A stretch of 64,000 nt of DNA from an uncultured Gemmatimonadaceae bacterium (GTDB lineage Bacteria > Gemmatimonadota > Gemmatimonadetes > Gemmatimonadales > Gemmatimonadaceae). The stretch covers positions 96,001 to 160,000 of the forward strand of contig CAWAGQ010000003.1 in assembly GCA_963781585.1 (NCBI GenBank), written 5' to 3'. Both the position numbers and the translations under genes were made by a program. The notes under the pieces were generated by a model. That model was not told the DNA's origin, did not search any database, and saw nothing but the letters and a program-made list of their open reading frames with translations. Below are positions 20,683-30,825 of this stretch, in pieces; position 1 is the first letter of the stretch; every line of letters starts with the position of its first letter.

Positions 20683-22211
20683 GTCGCTTCTACCTTACCA
20701 CCGCCATCGACTACGCGAACGGCGAGCCGCACTTCGGTCACGCGTACGAGAAGATCGGCGCCGACGTCATTGCGCGATACCGACGCCTGCGGGGCGACGA
20801 CGTGCACTTCCTCACCGGCATGGACGAGCACGGCCAGAAAGTTGCCCAGGCGGCGGTCGAGCGCGGCGTGTCCCCGCAGGAACTGGTGGACGAAATCGCC
20901 GAGCGCTTCCGATCCATGTGGGAAAGGCTGGGTATCTCGTTCGACCAGTTCATCCGCACCACCGACCCGGCGCACGAGCGCGGGGTACGGGCGTTGATCA
21001 AGCGGATCCACGACAGCTCACCCGACGATTTCTACGAGCGCACATACGAAGGGTGGTACTGCGTCGGCTGCGAGCTGTTCAAGCGCGAGGGCGAGATCGC
21101 CGACGGCAAGTGCGTCCTGCACCCGACGCGCGAGCTGGAGTGGACCACCGAGCGCAACTGGTTCTTCCGGCTGGTGAGGTACCGGGACTTCCTTCTGCGC
21201 CTTCACCGGGAACGCCCCGAGTTCCTCCAGCCGGAGTCCCGGCGCAATGAGGTGCTCGCGCTGCTGGAGCACGGCCTGGAGGACATCTCCGTCACACGCT
21301 CTCGACTGGCGTGGGCGATACCGTTCCCGCTGCCGACCGCCGACGGTGAAGTCCAGGGCACATGGGTCTGGTTCGACGCCCTGCCGAATTACCTCACCGC
21401 CACCGGATACCCGGATCGCCAGTGGCGGGAGCGCTGGCCGGCCGATCTTCACGTCATCGGGAAAGACATCACCCGGCTTCACTGTGTGATCTGGCCGGCT
21501 ATGCTGCAGGCCGCCGAACTACCCCTCCCTCGCAGGGTCTGGGCACACGGATTCGTGAACTTCGGCGGTGAGCGCTTCAGCAAGTCGGCCGGGGTGAAGC
21601 TCGAGCTCCAGGCGTCGGTGGACCGGTACGGCGCCGACGCGTTCCGATATTTCCTGCTTCGCGAAGTGCCTTTCGACGCGGACGGAAATTTCAGTCTCGA
21701 CCGCTTCGATGAGCGATACACCGCGGACCTGGCCAACGCCTTGGGGAACCTCGCCAGTCGCACAGTGGCCATGATCGAGCGATATCGGGAGGGCCTGGTC
21801 CCGGCCGGGCCGCGCACGGTGGTGGACGAGGCCGACGCGGTGGACTACGGGGCCTATCATGAGTCGATGGGCGACGGGCGCGGATATCTGCTGCACGAAG
21901 CACTGCAGGCCATCTGGCGCGCGGTTCGCCGCGGGAACGAGTACGTGGACCAGCGCGCGCCGTGGAGGCTCGCCAGGGATCCCGCGGCGGCGTCATCACT
22001 CGACGAGACGCTGGCCTCGCTCGTCCGGCAGCTGGCCCGATTTGCAGTCGCGCTCTTCCCATTCATGCCCGCGAAGAGCGATGAGCTGTGGCGGACGCTC
22101 GGGGCGCCCGGCGAGCTGGCGGCCCAGCGTTTCGACGACCTCATGTCGGTCGACGCGGCCGGTTGGCGCGTTGCGAAAGGGGCGCCGCTGTTTCCGAAAG
22201 CGGAAGACTAG
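20679..22211 (+). CDS. metG: Methionine--tRNA ligase (short form, no C-terminal tRNA-binding domain)
   Basis: FYLTTAIDYANGEPHFGH, TGMDEHGQK, CVGC zinc knuckle, WFDALPNY, GKDI, RFSKS (KMSKS). Confidence 0.96.
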   Translation: MSRFYLTTAIDYANGEPHFGHAYEKIGADVIARYRRLRGDDVHFLTGMDEHGQKVAQAAVERGVSPQELVDEIAERFRSMWERLGISFDQFIRTTDPAHERGVRALIKRIHDSSPDDFYERTYEGWYCVGCELFKREGEIADGKCVLHPTRELEWTTERNWFFRLVRYRDFLLRLHRERPEFLQPESRRNEVLALLEHGLEDISVTRSRLAWAIPFPLPTADGEVQGTWVWFDALPNYLTATGYPDRQWRERWPADLHVIGKDITRLHCVIWPAMLQAAELPLPRRVWAHGFVNFGGERFSKSAGVKLELQASVDRYGADAFRYFLLREVPFDADGNFSLDRFDERYTADLANALGNLASRTVAMIERYREGLVPAGPRTVVDEADAVDYGAYHESMGDGRGYLLHEALQAIWRAVRRGNEYVDQRAPWRLARDPAAASSLDETLASLVRQLARFAVALFPFMPAKSDELWRTLGAPGELAAQRFDDLMSVDAAGWRVAKGAPLFPKAED

Positions 22212-22217
22212 GAGCGC

Positions 22218-22799
22218 TCAGGGCTTCTTCGGCGCCCCGAAATCCACCTTGGGTGCTTCGCGCGCTTCGGGATTGGACACTTCGAAGTAGGTGCGCTCCT
22301 TGGCCCCGATCACCTTGGCGGTCAGCACGGCCGGAAACCGGCGGATGTACGTGTTGTACTGCTGGACCGCCGTGTTGTAGTCGGTACGCGCGGTCGCAAT
22401 CCGGTTCTCGGTCCCTTCGAGCTCATCCTGCAGCCGCAGAAAGGCCTGATCCGACTTGAGCTGCGGATACGCCTCCACGGTGACCATCAGCCCGCGCAGC
22501 GCGGTGCTCAGCTGTTCGTTGGCATTCGCCATCTCGACCGGATCTCCCTTCTGCACGGCGCCTAACAAGCCGGCCCGTGCCTGGGTGACCTGCGTGAACA
22601 CGTTGAGTTCCTGCGCCGCCTGTCCCTTGACGGTCTGCACCAGATTCGGCACCAGGTCGGCGCGGCGCTGCAGCTGCACCTCGATCTGCTGCTTGCCCAC
22701 GTTCACCTGCTCGTCCAGGGTCTGGATCCGGTTGTACCCACACCCGGTGGTCCCGATCACCAGCGCGGCCACAAACCACTGACGTCGCCCCATTGTCAT
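22218..22799 (-). CDS. lemA: LemA family protein
   Basis: QLQRRADLVPNLV, EAYPQLKS, ELEGTENRIATAR, YNTYIRRFP. Confidence 0.95.
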   Translation of the reverse strand: MTMGRRQWFVAALVIGTTGCGYNRIQTLDEQVNVGKQQIEVQLQRRADLVPNLVQTVKGQAAQELNVFTQVTQARAGLLGAVQKGDPVEMANANEQLSTALRGLMVTVEAYPQLKSDQAFLRLQDELEGTENRIATARTDYNTAVQQYNTYIRRFPAVLTAKVIGAKERTYFEVSNPEAREAPKVDFGAPKKP

Positions 22800-22816
22800 C
22801 TCCAGTTAGGCAGTTA

Positions 22817-22990
22817 TCAGGTCAGCCATCCGCGATCAGATCATCAGCGATCAGCCGTCAGCGATCAGCCGTCAGCGATCAGCCGTCAGCGATCAACCAT
22901 CAGCCTTCGGCCATCCGCCCGTCTCGATCCATCCGCCCAATCCGTTCCCAACCGCCTGATCCGTCCTTTCGTCCTTCTCCGCCATTCGCT
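22817..22990. repeat. Heptamer VNTR (TCAGCGA TCAGCCG)n followed by degenerate ATCCG(C/T)CC repeats
   Basis: About 14 TCAGCNN-type units at 22822-22920; looser 9-10-nt repeats to 22990. Confidence 0.88.
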
Positions 22991-23716
22991 TCAGGTCTCT
23001 CCCTCGAACCGATCCAGAAACTCCACCAGCCCCGCCACACCGCCCAGATACTGCTCCACCAATCCCAGCACCGCCGAAGTGTCCAGCGGCTCGCGACCCT
23101 CGCCACGCCCGCGTTCGGTGACCCGCCGGATTGGCTCGAGGTCGATTCCCGTCCGGGCACCAGCGCGATTGAGCATCGACGGGGAATCCGCCGGTGGTTC
23201 CTCGCCCATCAGCCAAAGCGTCGCCCGCAGCAGCACCAGAATCGAACCCACGCTCGCTGCCATGAGATCGCGCAGCGCGGACGCGTCCCCTCCGGCTGAC
23301 AGTATCGCGTGCCGCAACCGCAGCAGCTTGCTCATCGCTTCGTGCTCGAGCTGCAGCCGAAGATCCCGCCGCTCCACGCGAATGCCGTCCAACGGAAGCG
23401 CGCCATGAAGCACCCGGTGATGCGCGAGAATATCCGAGTATTCGATCGGGAAGATATCCGCCGAACTGCGCCACTCCGCCAGCGTCAGGGTGAGCGGGGG
23501 TGGATTCCCCGCTTCGCGCCACGATCGCGCCACAGCCGATTCCTGGCGCAGGTGTTCCATGGTGATCCGGTCCACCACCACCAGCACATTGAGGTCTGAG
23601 CGCTTGGCCACGTGCTCGCCGCGTGCCGCCGAGCCGTAGAGCACCACGCACTGGAGCCCGTTCCCGTACGCGAGCGTCAGCTGCCTGACGAGTTCGTCCA
23701 GCGTCATCTGGGCCAT
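22991..23716 (-). CDS. Pol-beta-like nucleotidyltransferase-domain protein with a helical C-terminal domain
   Basis: VVLYGSAARGEH..RSDLNVLVV; SADIFPIEYSDI motif. Confidence 0.8.
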   Translation of the reverse strand: MAQMTLDELVRQLTLAYGNGLQCVVLYGSAARGEHVAKRSDLNVLVVVDRITMEHLRQESAVARSWREAGNPPPLTLTLAEWRSSADIFPIEYSDILAHHRVLHGALPLDGIRVERRDLRLQLEHEAMSKLLRLRHAILSAGGDASALRDLMAASVGSILVLLRATLWLMGEEPPADSPSMLNRAGARTGIDLEPIRRVTERGRGEGREPLDTSAVLGLVEQYLGGVAGLVEFLDRFEGET

Positions 23717-23719
23717 AGG

Positions 23720-24601
23720 TCACCAACTCCCGCTTGAGCCACCGCCGCTGAAACCGCCTCCGCCTCCAAATCCGCCGAATCCGCCGCCGCCCCCGAAGCT
23801 GCCGCCTCCAAATCCACCGCCACCCCCACCCCCGCCCCATCCGCCACCCCAGTACGAGCGTCGCCGGCGGCCGCTGAGCTGCGACGCCAGCATGAGGGTG
23901 AGGCAGCCATTGCATCCGGTCCGTCCGCCGCGCCGGCGCCCGGCCACGCTCGTCAACAGCACGAAGATCACCACGAACACCAGGAGCACAGCCCCCGGCG
24001 GAATCCCTCTCGCTCCCGGCGATCGGGGAGTGCGAGGACCTGCTTGCGGCGGTAAAACCGCGGTATCCAGCGAAAACTGAAACTCCGCCGCGAAACGCTC
24101 CGCCACGCGGCGCGCGATCAGCAGCAGGGCGCCGTCGTAGTCCTGGCGCTGGAAGTATGGGATTGCTTCCCGTTGAATATCGCCCGTCTCTGCGTCGGTC
24201 AGAAAACCCTCGCTCCCCCGGCCGGTCTCGATCCGGATCTGTCCCCGGCCGTCGGAGCTCGTCTCCTTGGGCACCACCAGGATCACCACGCCGGCGTTGC
24301 GGGCCCGATTGCCGATCGCCGCGTTGGACCCCACCCCCCATTGTCGGCCGATCTGCAGCGCCACCTGCGCCACATCGCGCCCACCCAGATCGGGGAGCGT
24401 AGCCACTGCCATCTCGCCGCCCGATTTCTCGTGTACATCGAAGGCGATCCGGTTGATCCGGTCGATCGTCCCCTGCGAGAGGACGTGCGCGGAATCGACC
24501 ACGATCTCGGCCGCCGCAGTGCCGAATCCACGCGGAGGTGCCGGGACCTGGATCTGCTGCGGGGCCAACATGGTCACCAGGCCCAGCATCAGGCCCCTCA
24601 T
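23720..24601 (-). CDS. TPM domain (YgcG-like) membrane protein with a Gly-rich tail
   Basis: Signal peptide, QWGVG...NAGVVILVV, RIETGRGSEGFLTD, TM helix, GGFGGGGGFSGGGSSGSW end. Confidence 0.9.
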   Translation of the reverse strand: MRGLMLGLVTMLAPQQIQVPAPPRGFGTAAAEIVVDSAHVLSQGTIDRINRIAFDVHEKSGGEMAVATLPDLGGRDVAQVALQIGRQWGVGSNAAIGNRARNAGVVILVVPKETSSDGRGQIRIETGRGSEGFLTDAETGDIQREAIPYFQRQDYDGALLLIARRVAERFAAEFQFSLDTAVLPPQAGPRTPRSPGARGIPPGAVLLVFVVIFVLLTSVAGRRRGGRTGCNGCLTLMLASQLSGRRRRSYWGGGWGGGGGGGGFGGGSFGGGGGFGGFGGGGGFSGGGSSGSW

Positions 24602-24775
24602 CGAGGGGCCTCGCGACTGATCAGAAGTGAGACCGGGGCGATAGTGGTCACGCGGGGATCGATAGCAGCTTGAAGTGCGGCTGTGACGCGCCGCGGTGGC
24701 ACGCCGTCCGCCCTCGGGTAGGTGTATGTTTCCACGACACTCAACAATACGAAACCGACAGTCGGGGTGTTTCCG

Positions 24776-25474
24776 ATGCGGCTACAATCGAGATTGCTCG
24801 GGCTTGTCTGTGCTGCCACGTTGACGGGATGCGCCGGCGGAGCCGACGCCCGGTCCGACTCTGCGATGAAGCCGGCCGCCGAAGCCACGCCGCCTGCCGC
24901 GCGAGACGCCCCCGATCCGCGCGTCAAGCGTGCAGACCTCGCGCGCATCACCGGCGACTCGTCGGCCCGTATCTGGCTCGTGATCCTGAGCGACTTCGAG
25001 TGCCCGTACTGCAAGGAGTGGCACGATGTAACCTATCCCGCAATCAGGCGGGAGTACGTCGAGCCCGGGAAGGTCCGCGTCGCCTACGTGAACTTCCCCA
25101 TGCCCATGCATCCGAACGCCGTCCCCGCCGCCGAAGCCGCGATGTGCGCCGGCGCGCAGGACCGCTTCTGGTCGTACCATGATAGCCTCTTCGCGACGCA
25201 GAACGAGTGGGCGTCGATGCCGAATCCGCAGCCGGTGTTCGATCGGCTGGGAGCGGCACTGCAGCTCGATGCCGCATCGTTTTCCGAGTGCCGCAGCAAC
25301 CATGTCATGCTTCCGATGATCCAGGCCGACCGGCGGCGCGGGGACGCTGCCGCGGTGAATGGCACTCCGACATTCCTCGTTGGCGGACGCAAGATCGTCG
25401 GAGCCGCGCCGTTTTCGGAGTTTCAGAAGACGCTCGACGCGGTCCTTTCGGAGGCGGCGCGCAAGGGACGGTAG
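24776..25474 (+). CDS. DsbA-family thioredoxin-like lipoprotein
   Basis: LTGC lipobox, SDFECPYC, VNGTPTF cis-Pro loop. Confidence 0.88.
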   Translation: MRLQSRLLGLVCAATLTGCAGGADARSDSAMKPAAEATPPAARDAPDPRVKRADLARITGDSSARIWLVILSDFECPYCKEWHDVTYPAIRREYVEPGKVRVAYVNFPMPMHPNAVPAAEAAMCAGAQDRFWSYHDSLFATQNEWASMPNPQPVFDRLGAALQLDAASFSECRSNHVMLPMIQADRRRGDAAAVNGTPTFLVGGRKIVGAAPFSEFQKTLDAVLSEAARKGR

Positions 25475-25477
25475 CTC

Positions 25478-26761
25478 GTGCACCCGGCTCTACGTCTGGC
25501 GTACGGCACCGCGGGCCAGCTTGCACGTGCGGCCGCGGTAATCGTTCCGCCGGGCGACGCCAAATGGCGTCGTTCTCTGCGCGCTCGTCGCGGCATCAGG
25601 GCGCGGTACGCGGCCTGGTCGGGCCGACGTGACCTGGGGCGCCCGCTGCTCTGGATGCACGCGCCATCGGTGGGAGAGGGCCTTCAGGCGCGGGTTGTCC
25701 TCGACCTGATCCGCGATCGGCGACCCGACGTGCAACTTGCCTACACGTTCTACTCTCCGAGTGCCGAAGTCTTCGCGCGCTCGCTGGCGGTGGACTTCTC
25801 CGACTACCTCCCGTTCGACACGCCCGGCGACGCGCGGGCCGCCCTCGACGCCTTGCGTCCCACGGCCCTCGTTTTCAGCAAGGTAGATGTGTGGCCGGTC
25901 CTCGTCGATCAGGCCACCCGCCGGAGAATCCGCATTGGTCTGATCAGCGGAACGCTGTCGGCTGCATCTGCCAGACAGGGGAGCCTCGCCGCGGGACTGT
26001 TGCGCGAATCGTACCGCAGACTCGATCGGGTTGGGGCAGTCTCGCAGACAGATGCCGACCGGCTCGTGGCGCTCGGTGTTCTGCCAGAGCACATCAGGAT
26101 CTCGGGGGACACGCGATACGATCAGGCCTTGCAGCGGGCACGCAGCGTGGACCGCGCCGCACCGCTTCTCGCCGGGCTCGATTCGCGCCGCGTGACCCTG
26201 GTGGCCGGCTCGACGTGGCCCGCCGACGAAGCCGTTCTCCTCGAGGCCTGGAACGCGGTGCGTCGCGAAGTCGGCAACGCGCGGCTGATCATCGCGCCCC
26301 ACGAACCGTCGGCGACCCACCTGGAGTCGGTGGAGGCCTGGGCCTCGGGACATGGGCTTCGCGCGGAGCGCCTGCGCGCAACGGCTGTCGGGGCAGCTGA
26401 CGTGGTGCTCGTGGACAGGGTTGGGGTGCTGGGCGAGCTCTATGCCCTGGCTGATGCGGCATTCGTTGGCGGCGGCTTTCATGGAGCGGGCCTGCACTCC
26501 GTTCTCGAACCGGCTGCGTTCGGCGTTCCGGTCGCGTTCGGCCCGCGGCACCAGGGCAACCGCGATGCACAGCTCCTCATCGATCGCGGTGGGGGCGAGA
26601 GCGTCTCTACCGTGGATGACACCATCGAGCTTCTGCTGCAATGGCTGGGCGACAGATCCCTGCGCGCAAGCGCAGGCAATCAGGCTCGCGCCCTTGTGGA
26701 GAGCGGTGTTGGGGCGGCGGATCGATCGTTCCAGCTGGTGATGGACTTGCTGGAGCCGTGA
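25478..26761 (+). CDS. waaA: 3-deoxy-D-manno-octulosonic acid (Kdo) transferase
   Basis: WMHAPSVGE, YLPFD, GDTRYD, AGSTW, IIAPHEP, HSVLEPAAFG. Confidence 0.9.
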   Translation: MHPALRLAYGTAGQLARAAAVIVPPGDAKWRRSLRARRGIRARYAAWSGRRDLGRPLLWMHAPSVGEGLQARVVLDLIRDRRPDVQLAYTFYSPSAEVFARSLAVDFSDYLPFDTPGDARAALDALRPTALVFSKVDVWPVLVDQATRRRIRIGLISGTLSAASARQGSLAAGLLRESYRRLDRVGAVSQTDADRLVALGVLPEHIRISGDTRYDQALQRARSVDRAAPLLAGLDSRRVTLVAGSTWPADEAVLLEAWNAVRREVGNARLIIAPHEPSATHLESVEAWASGHGLRAERLRATAVGAADVVLVDRVGVLGELYALADAAFVGGGFHGAGLHSVLEPAAFGVPVAFGPRHQGNRDAQLLIDRGGGESVSTVDDTIELLLQWLGDRSLRASAGNQARALVESGVGAADRSFQLVMDLLEP

Positions 26762-26876
26762 CGACCACCTGCCCGTCCGCACGCCTGCCTTCGCGCTGAG
26801 CGGGAAGTTCGGGCACTCGACGACGAATGCGACGCCACCTCGAGACCGGATCGCTCGGCGGCGCTTCGAGCTGCTG

Positions 26877-27527
26877 CTACGGCCGAGATCGCGACAGTCC
26901 GGACGCCGTCCAGGCGAGCGAAATCCCGAAGCCATCGTCCCACCCTTCCGACCCGGTGAACAGCGCGCTGGCGCGGATGGCGAGGGTTCTGGTGAGCTCG
27001 AAGCTCGCGCCGAGGTCGAAATCGACGTTCAGATCAGAGTTGTCACGGCGTCCGCTCCGAACATCGACCGAGACGCGCGGATGCACGTACGGCGTGAGCG
27101 CCATGCCGCCCGTCAGGTCGAAGCGGTGCCCGACCGACACGCCGACCGGCATGCGGAACAGGCGGTAGTCCCCGACCGCGAGGTAGGCGCCAAAGGTGAA
27201 CAGGAAATCGAGCGGCATGTCCGCGCTGGACCGGGTGAGCTGCCGCGCGTACTGCCCCCCGACGAAGACCATGGCGTCGGAGTGCGGCGTATTCGGATCG
27301 GCCAGGCCGGCATCGAGAGAAAGCTGGTTCGGCGCGCCAACCTGCTCACGCCACTGAAAAAGCAGTGTGGTCCCCGCGTTTCCAGCGTCTGCGACTCCGA
27401 AGTTGAATTCGCGCGAAGTCACCCGCGGCGGCTGGAAGGCGGGATAGGCCCACGCCTGTGCCTGACCGGACGAGGCGGCGGAGACAGCGAGGCAGAGCGC
27501 ACCCAGGACAACGCGAGATCGAGACAT
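26877..27527 (-). CDS. Hypothetical exported protein, probable outer-membrane beta-barrel
   Basis: Signal peptide ending AQA; alternating amphipathic beta strands; C-terminal GFGISLAW. Confidence 0.6.
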   Translation of the reverse strand: MSRSRVVLGALCLAVSAASSGQAQAWAYPAFQPPRVTSREFNFGVADAGNAGTTLLFQWREQVGAPNQLSLDAGLADPNTPHSDAMVFVGGQYARQLTRSSADMPLDFLFTFGAYLAVGDYRLFRMPVGVSVGHRFDLTGGMALTPYVHPRVSVDVRSGRRDNSDLNVDFDLGASFELTRTLAIRASALFTGSEGWDDGFGISLAWTASGLSRSRP

Positions 27528-27627
27528 TGAAGGTCCGAAGTCAGTGAGCGGTTTGCGTACACGCGCGGCGCGGCACGCCGCCAGATCGTCGAAGGCGAAA
27601 ATTGCCCGTGGCGACTCACTGCTTCTT

Positions 27628-27673
27628 AAAAAGCTGACCGCGGCGGCACCAGTGCTTTGGCGCCGCCGCGGTC
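27628..27673 (-). terminator. Intrinsic terminator ending the susC-susD operon
   Basis: Stem GACCGCGGCGGC/GCCGCCGCGGTC followed on the minus strand by AGCTTTTT. Confidence 0.7.
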
Positions 27674-27702
27674 CGGGACGAACCGCAGATATCCGAGCTC
27701 TG

Positions 27703-28545
27703 CTATTGCGGACGACGATCTACGATGTACACGATCGTCGGATTGGCGTTGGTGCCGGTTTGCCCGGCCGCGCTGCCAACGGTCGTTCTGCCGAAGACCA
27801 GGGCGGTCATGACCGATCCCGGCTCGTTCGACCCACCGATCGCGGACCCGGTCAGCGCGGGGTCGGCGTCCACTCCGGTCTGCGCCAACACGTTCGCCAG
27901 TACCGGTGTGATGGTGCCGGCTGCCGTTGCGCGCATGGCCAGTCCGCCGGTAGCGCGGGTTACGTAGCCCGTTCCGCCGAGAAACGCCACTCCCGAGAAC
28001 ATGGGAGTCGCCGGCGTCGCGTCGCCCGTGGCGGTCGTCGCAAAGACGTCGACCGAACCGGGGGCGCCGGTATTGAGTCCCGGCCCCAGATTGATGACGC
28101 GAAGCGCGATGCTCGCTCCCGGATCCGGGAAATCGTCCTCAAACACGACGAGCTTGTCCGCCATCGGATCGGAGTCAGCACGTCTGGCAAGCCCCACATG
28201 GACAATCGTGTAGTACTTGTTTGCCTCGAAGGTGAGCGTCGCGTCCTGCACGATCTGGGACGTGATCGAGATGTTGGTGCTCGTGGGGAAGATGCGCAGG
28301 TGTCTCGCGCCCGGAGCGGTCCCCTGATACGGCGTGAATCCCCGGTACGCCTGGCCCAGCGCAAAAGGTGAATTCGCGACCGCGTCGATGAAGCGCCAGT
28401 CCATTGCACCCGTATCAGGAACGGCGCTCACGAAACGCGTGTACGCGAGCGGAACCACCGGGGCCAGGAAGGGTCCCTTGTCGTGCGAGCATGCCGTCAC
28501 CAGCACTGCCGACGTGATCGCCAGCCCAACTCTTTTTACGTTCAT
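27703..28545 (-). CDS. Lipoprotein, DUF4397-like
   Basis: GGAGGAG RBS, MNVKRVGLAITSAVLVTAC lipobox, YTRFVSAVPD and LRVINL...VDVF repeats. Confidence 0.75.
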   Translation of the reverse strand: MNVKRVGLAITSAVLVTACSHDKGPFLAPVVPLAYTRFVSAVPDTGAMDWRFIDAVANSPFALGQAYRGFTPYQGTAPGARHLRIFPTSTNISITSQIVQDATLTFEANKYYTIVHVGLARRADSDPMADKLVVFEDDFPDPGASIALRVINLGPGLNTGAPGSVDVFATTATGDATPATPMFSGVAFLGGTGYVTRATGGLAMRATAAGTITPVLANVLAQTGVDADPALTGSAIGGSNEPGSVMTALVFGRTTVGSAAGQTGTNANPTIVYIVDRRPQ

Positions 28546-28600
28546 TCGCACTGCTCCTCCTCGGAGTAGGTCGAGATCCAGTCTGCTTTCCGAAAGTCGG

Positions 28601-29092
28601 TTACCTGATACCGCTCCAGACCCGTGATTGCGCTGGTCCGCCCGAATCCGGCTCCTGTGGACCCGTGGCGTCGGGGGCGCCAATCAGTCCTACCGATTTC
28701 GCCAGCATGACCATCGCCACGGTAGCTCCCCCTGCCAGCAAATAGGTGCGTGCATTCGACAACTTGCGCTCCAGCACACCGCCGACAAAGTCCCGGTTGA
28801 TGCGAACCCTCTCACCACTCCAGCGCGTGGTTTCGCCGTTGAGCTGCGCCACACGCCAGACATCCATGACGTACTGGTCCGAATCGTCACCGGTGACAGT
28901 CCCCTCGAGCCGCAGGACTCCCCCACCCATCCGATCGAAAAGCGCCACCCGTCCGCGGTCCGTGAGCTCGAACGCAACGCGCTTCCCCGCCGGAGGCGCT
29001 GCCGGGTTGTCCACCGGGACATAGACATAGCACCCGGCCAACATTGGCACCGCTCCGGCGGTTGCGAACCACAATCTCCAACTGCGTGACAT
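28601..29092 (-). CDS. Hypothetical lipoprotein in the susCD operon
   Basis: LAGC lipobox; C-terminal hydrophobic segment; starts 6 nt after the susD stop. Confidence 0.7.
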   Translation of the reverse strand: MSRSWRLWFATAGAVPMLAGCYVYVPVDNPAAPPAGKRVAFELTDRGRVALFDRMGGGVLRLEGTVTGDDSDQYVMDVWRVAQLNGETTRWSGERVRINRDFVGGVLERKLSNARTYLLAGGATVAMVMLAKSVGLIGAPDATGPQEPDSGGPAQSRVWSGIR

Positions 29093-29098
29093 CTGAAA

Positions 29099-30757
29099 TC
29101 ACCGAATCTCGAATCCGTAAAGGCTCGCCGGGGAGCTGTAGATTCCACCGCCACCGACGTTGTAGTAGTGCGCCTCGGCGGTCGCGCCATACCGCGCGTC
29201 GAGCTCCGACACCGAGACGGGATACATGAGCGGAGTGGCTTCATACAGATTCTGCCACCCGCGACTGTCAAAGAACCACGCGCCGAGCCACTGCATGCCC
29301 GTTTCCATGCGCTTCTCATATTTCATCGCTTCCATGAGGTTGGCGCACTGCGTGCTGCTGAAGCTGGGACCTACCGGAACGCGCGGCACGCAATTCGGGC
29401 CGGGGATCAACTGAGTGGTTGAGGTCACAACCCCCGAAAGCGCCGGGAGTCCACCCCTCGCCACGCGCGTGTTGTCGATCAGCGCGGCGGCGGCGTTGGC
29501 GTTCCCGGTCCTGATGTACCCTTCGGCCGCGAGCATGTCGACTTCGGCCTTCATGAACTCGGGGACCGACCCGGTGTTTCCGGCCGCCTGGTAATACTGG
29601 AACCGCTGCCAGCTGTAATACGACTGCCCCCAGTTCTGCCCCGGGGAGTCCTGCACATTGTTCCGGATATAGGGGCGAGAGAGATACGATCCCGGAGCAA
29701 CAGAGGCGTCCTGCTGCTCTTTGCGCGTCGCCCCAGCCGGCCAACGCAGATCGCTGGTCTGAAGCAGGAAGAGCGGCCGGTTGTCCTTCGGTGTCGCCAG
29801 CCAGCCATCCCACTGACCGGTGTTGTCTGCGCCGCCAAGAATCATCATCGTCAGCTGGTGCCATCCGGCGTCGACATACGCCTGCGACCCCTGCCACCCG
29901 AAACTCCAGCCGGTCGAGCCGCCAACATTCACCGTCACGTCGGCGCTAATGCCATTGGTTGCGTCGGCGATCACTGCGGCCCAATCGACGGCATCGCGCT
30001 CCGCCTTCGAGCGCGCCACGTCGGCGCGAATACGCGCCTTCCAGGACCGCATCAGGCGTACGAAATCGGCCTTGCTCAGCGTCGTGCCGCTCATCCAGGC
30101 CGGTAATGTCGGGAAACCACCACTCCCCGAGGCCGCCGGCAAGTTCGCCATCGCGATGGCGGAATCGAGGTTCGCCAAAGCCGCGGCGGCCACATCCTGG
30201 TATCCACTCAGCGGCGGAACCGAATCGCTCGGCATGATGTGATTGACAATGGCTGCCGAATCAAACGTCAACGCCAGGTACCCGAGGTTGCACGCAACGT
30301 CGAAGAACCCGAACGCGCGTGCGCGCGCATCCTGACCCGGTGTTCCGATCGTCCCGCCCGCCTTGGTGAGGCGGTCGAGGGCAGCAATGGCGTTCGCTGC
30401 GTTGCGCGAATAGTTGGCGAAGTTGTTCCAGGTGCCGCTAGCGAGCGTCTGCGTTGCCTTGGTGTTGATCAACGGCGGGCGCGGAATCGCGCTGACCGGA
30501 CCCATGTTGTAGTTGTTCAGCCCCGAGAAGATCTCGAAGCTCATCGCCTGCATCTGCTGGAAGGCGTTCGTGTTGAGCGCCTGGTTACGGCATTGCTGGT
30601 ATCCCGATCCGATAGCGGCCTCGATCGAAGAGGGCTGCGAATAGACCCGGACGATGTCCGGATTCTGCAGATTGTCCGCCGTCAGGGGGTCCTTACAGGC
30701 CGTCACCGTCGCCACACAGCACGCCGACGCCGCAAGAACTCTAACCCACGTTGTCAT
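29099..30757 (-). CDS. SusD/RagB family outer-membrane nutrient-binding lipoprotein
   Basis: VTAC lipobox; AEVDMLAAEGYIR, EAMKYEKRME, WFFDSRGW, YPVSVSE motifs; directly downstream of susC. Confidence 0.88.
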   Translation of the reverse strand: MTTWVRVLAASACCVATVTACKDPLTADNLQNPDIVRVYSQPSSIEAAIGSGYQQCRNQALNTNAFQQMQAMSFEIFSGLNNYNMGPVSAIPRPPLINTKATQTLASGTWNNFANYSRNAANAIAALDRLTKAGGTIGTPGQDARARAFGFFDVACNLGYLALTFDSAAIVNHIMPSDSVPPLSGYQDVAAAALANLDSAIAMANLPAASGSGGFPTLPAWMSGTTLSKADFVRLMRSWKARIRADVARSKAERDAVDWAAVIADATNGISADVTVNVGGSTGWSFGWQGSQAYVDAGWHQLTMMILGGADNTGQWDGWLATPKDNRPLFLLQTSDLRWPAGATRKEQQDASVAPGSYLSRPYIRNNVQDSPGQNWGQSYYSWQRFQYYQAAGNTGSVPEFMKAEVDMLAAEGYIRTGNANAAAALIDNTRVARGGLPALSGVVTSTTQLIPGPNCVPRVPVGPSFSSTQCANLMEAMKYEKRMETGMQWLGAWFFDSRGWQNLYEATPLMYPVSVSELDARYGATAEAHYYNVGGGGIYSSPASLYGFEIR

Positions 30758-30782
30758 TTCGTATCCTCGTTGTGGGGTCGTG

Positions 30783-30816
30783 ATGGGGTGGAAGGAATGG
30801 CTCCCTTCCACCCCAT
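30783..30816 (-). other. Intergenic susC-susD stem-loop
   Basis: 13-bp perfect stem ATGGGGTGGAAGG/CCTTCCACCCCAT with no U tract. Confidence 0.7.
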
Positions 30817-30825
30817 GGCGAACGG

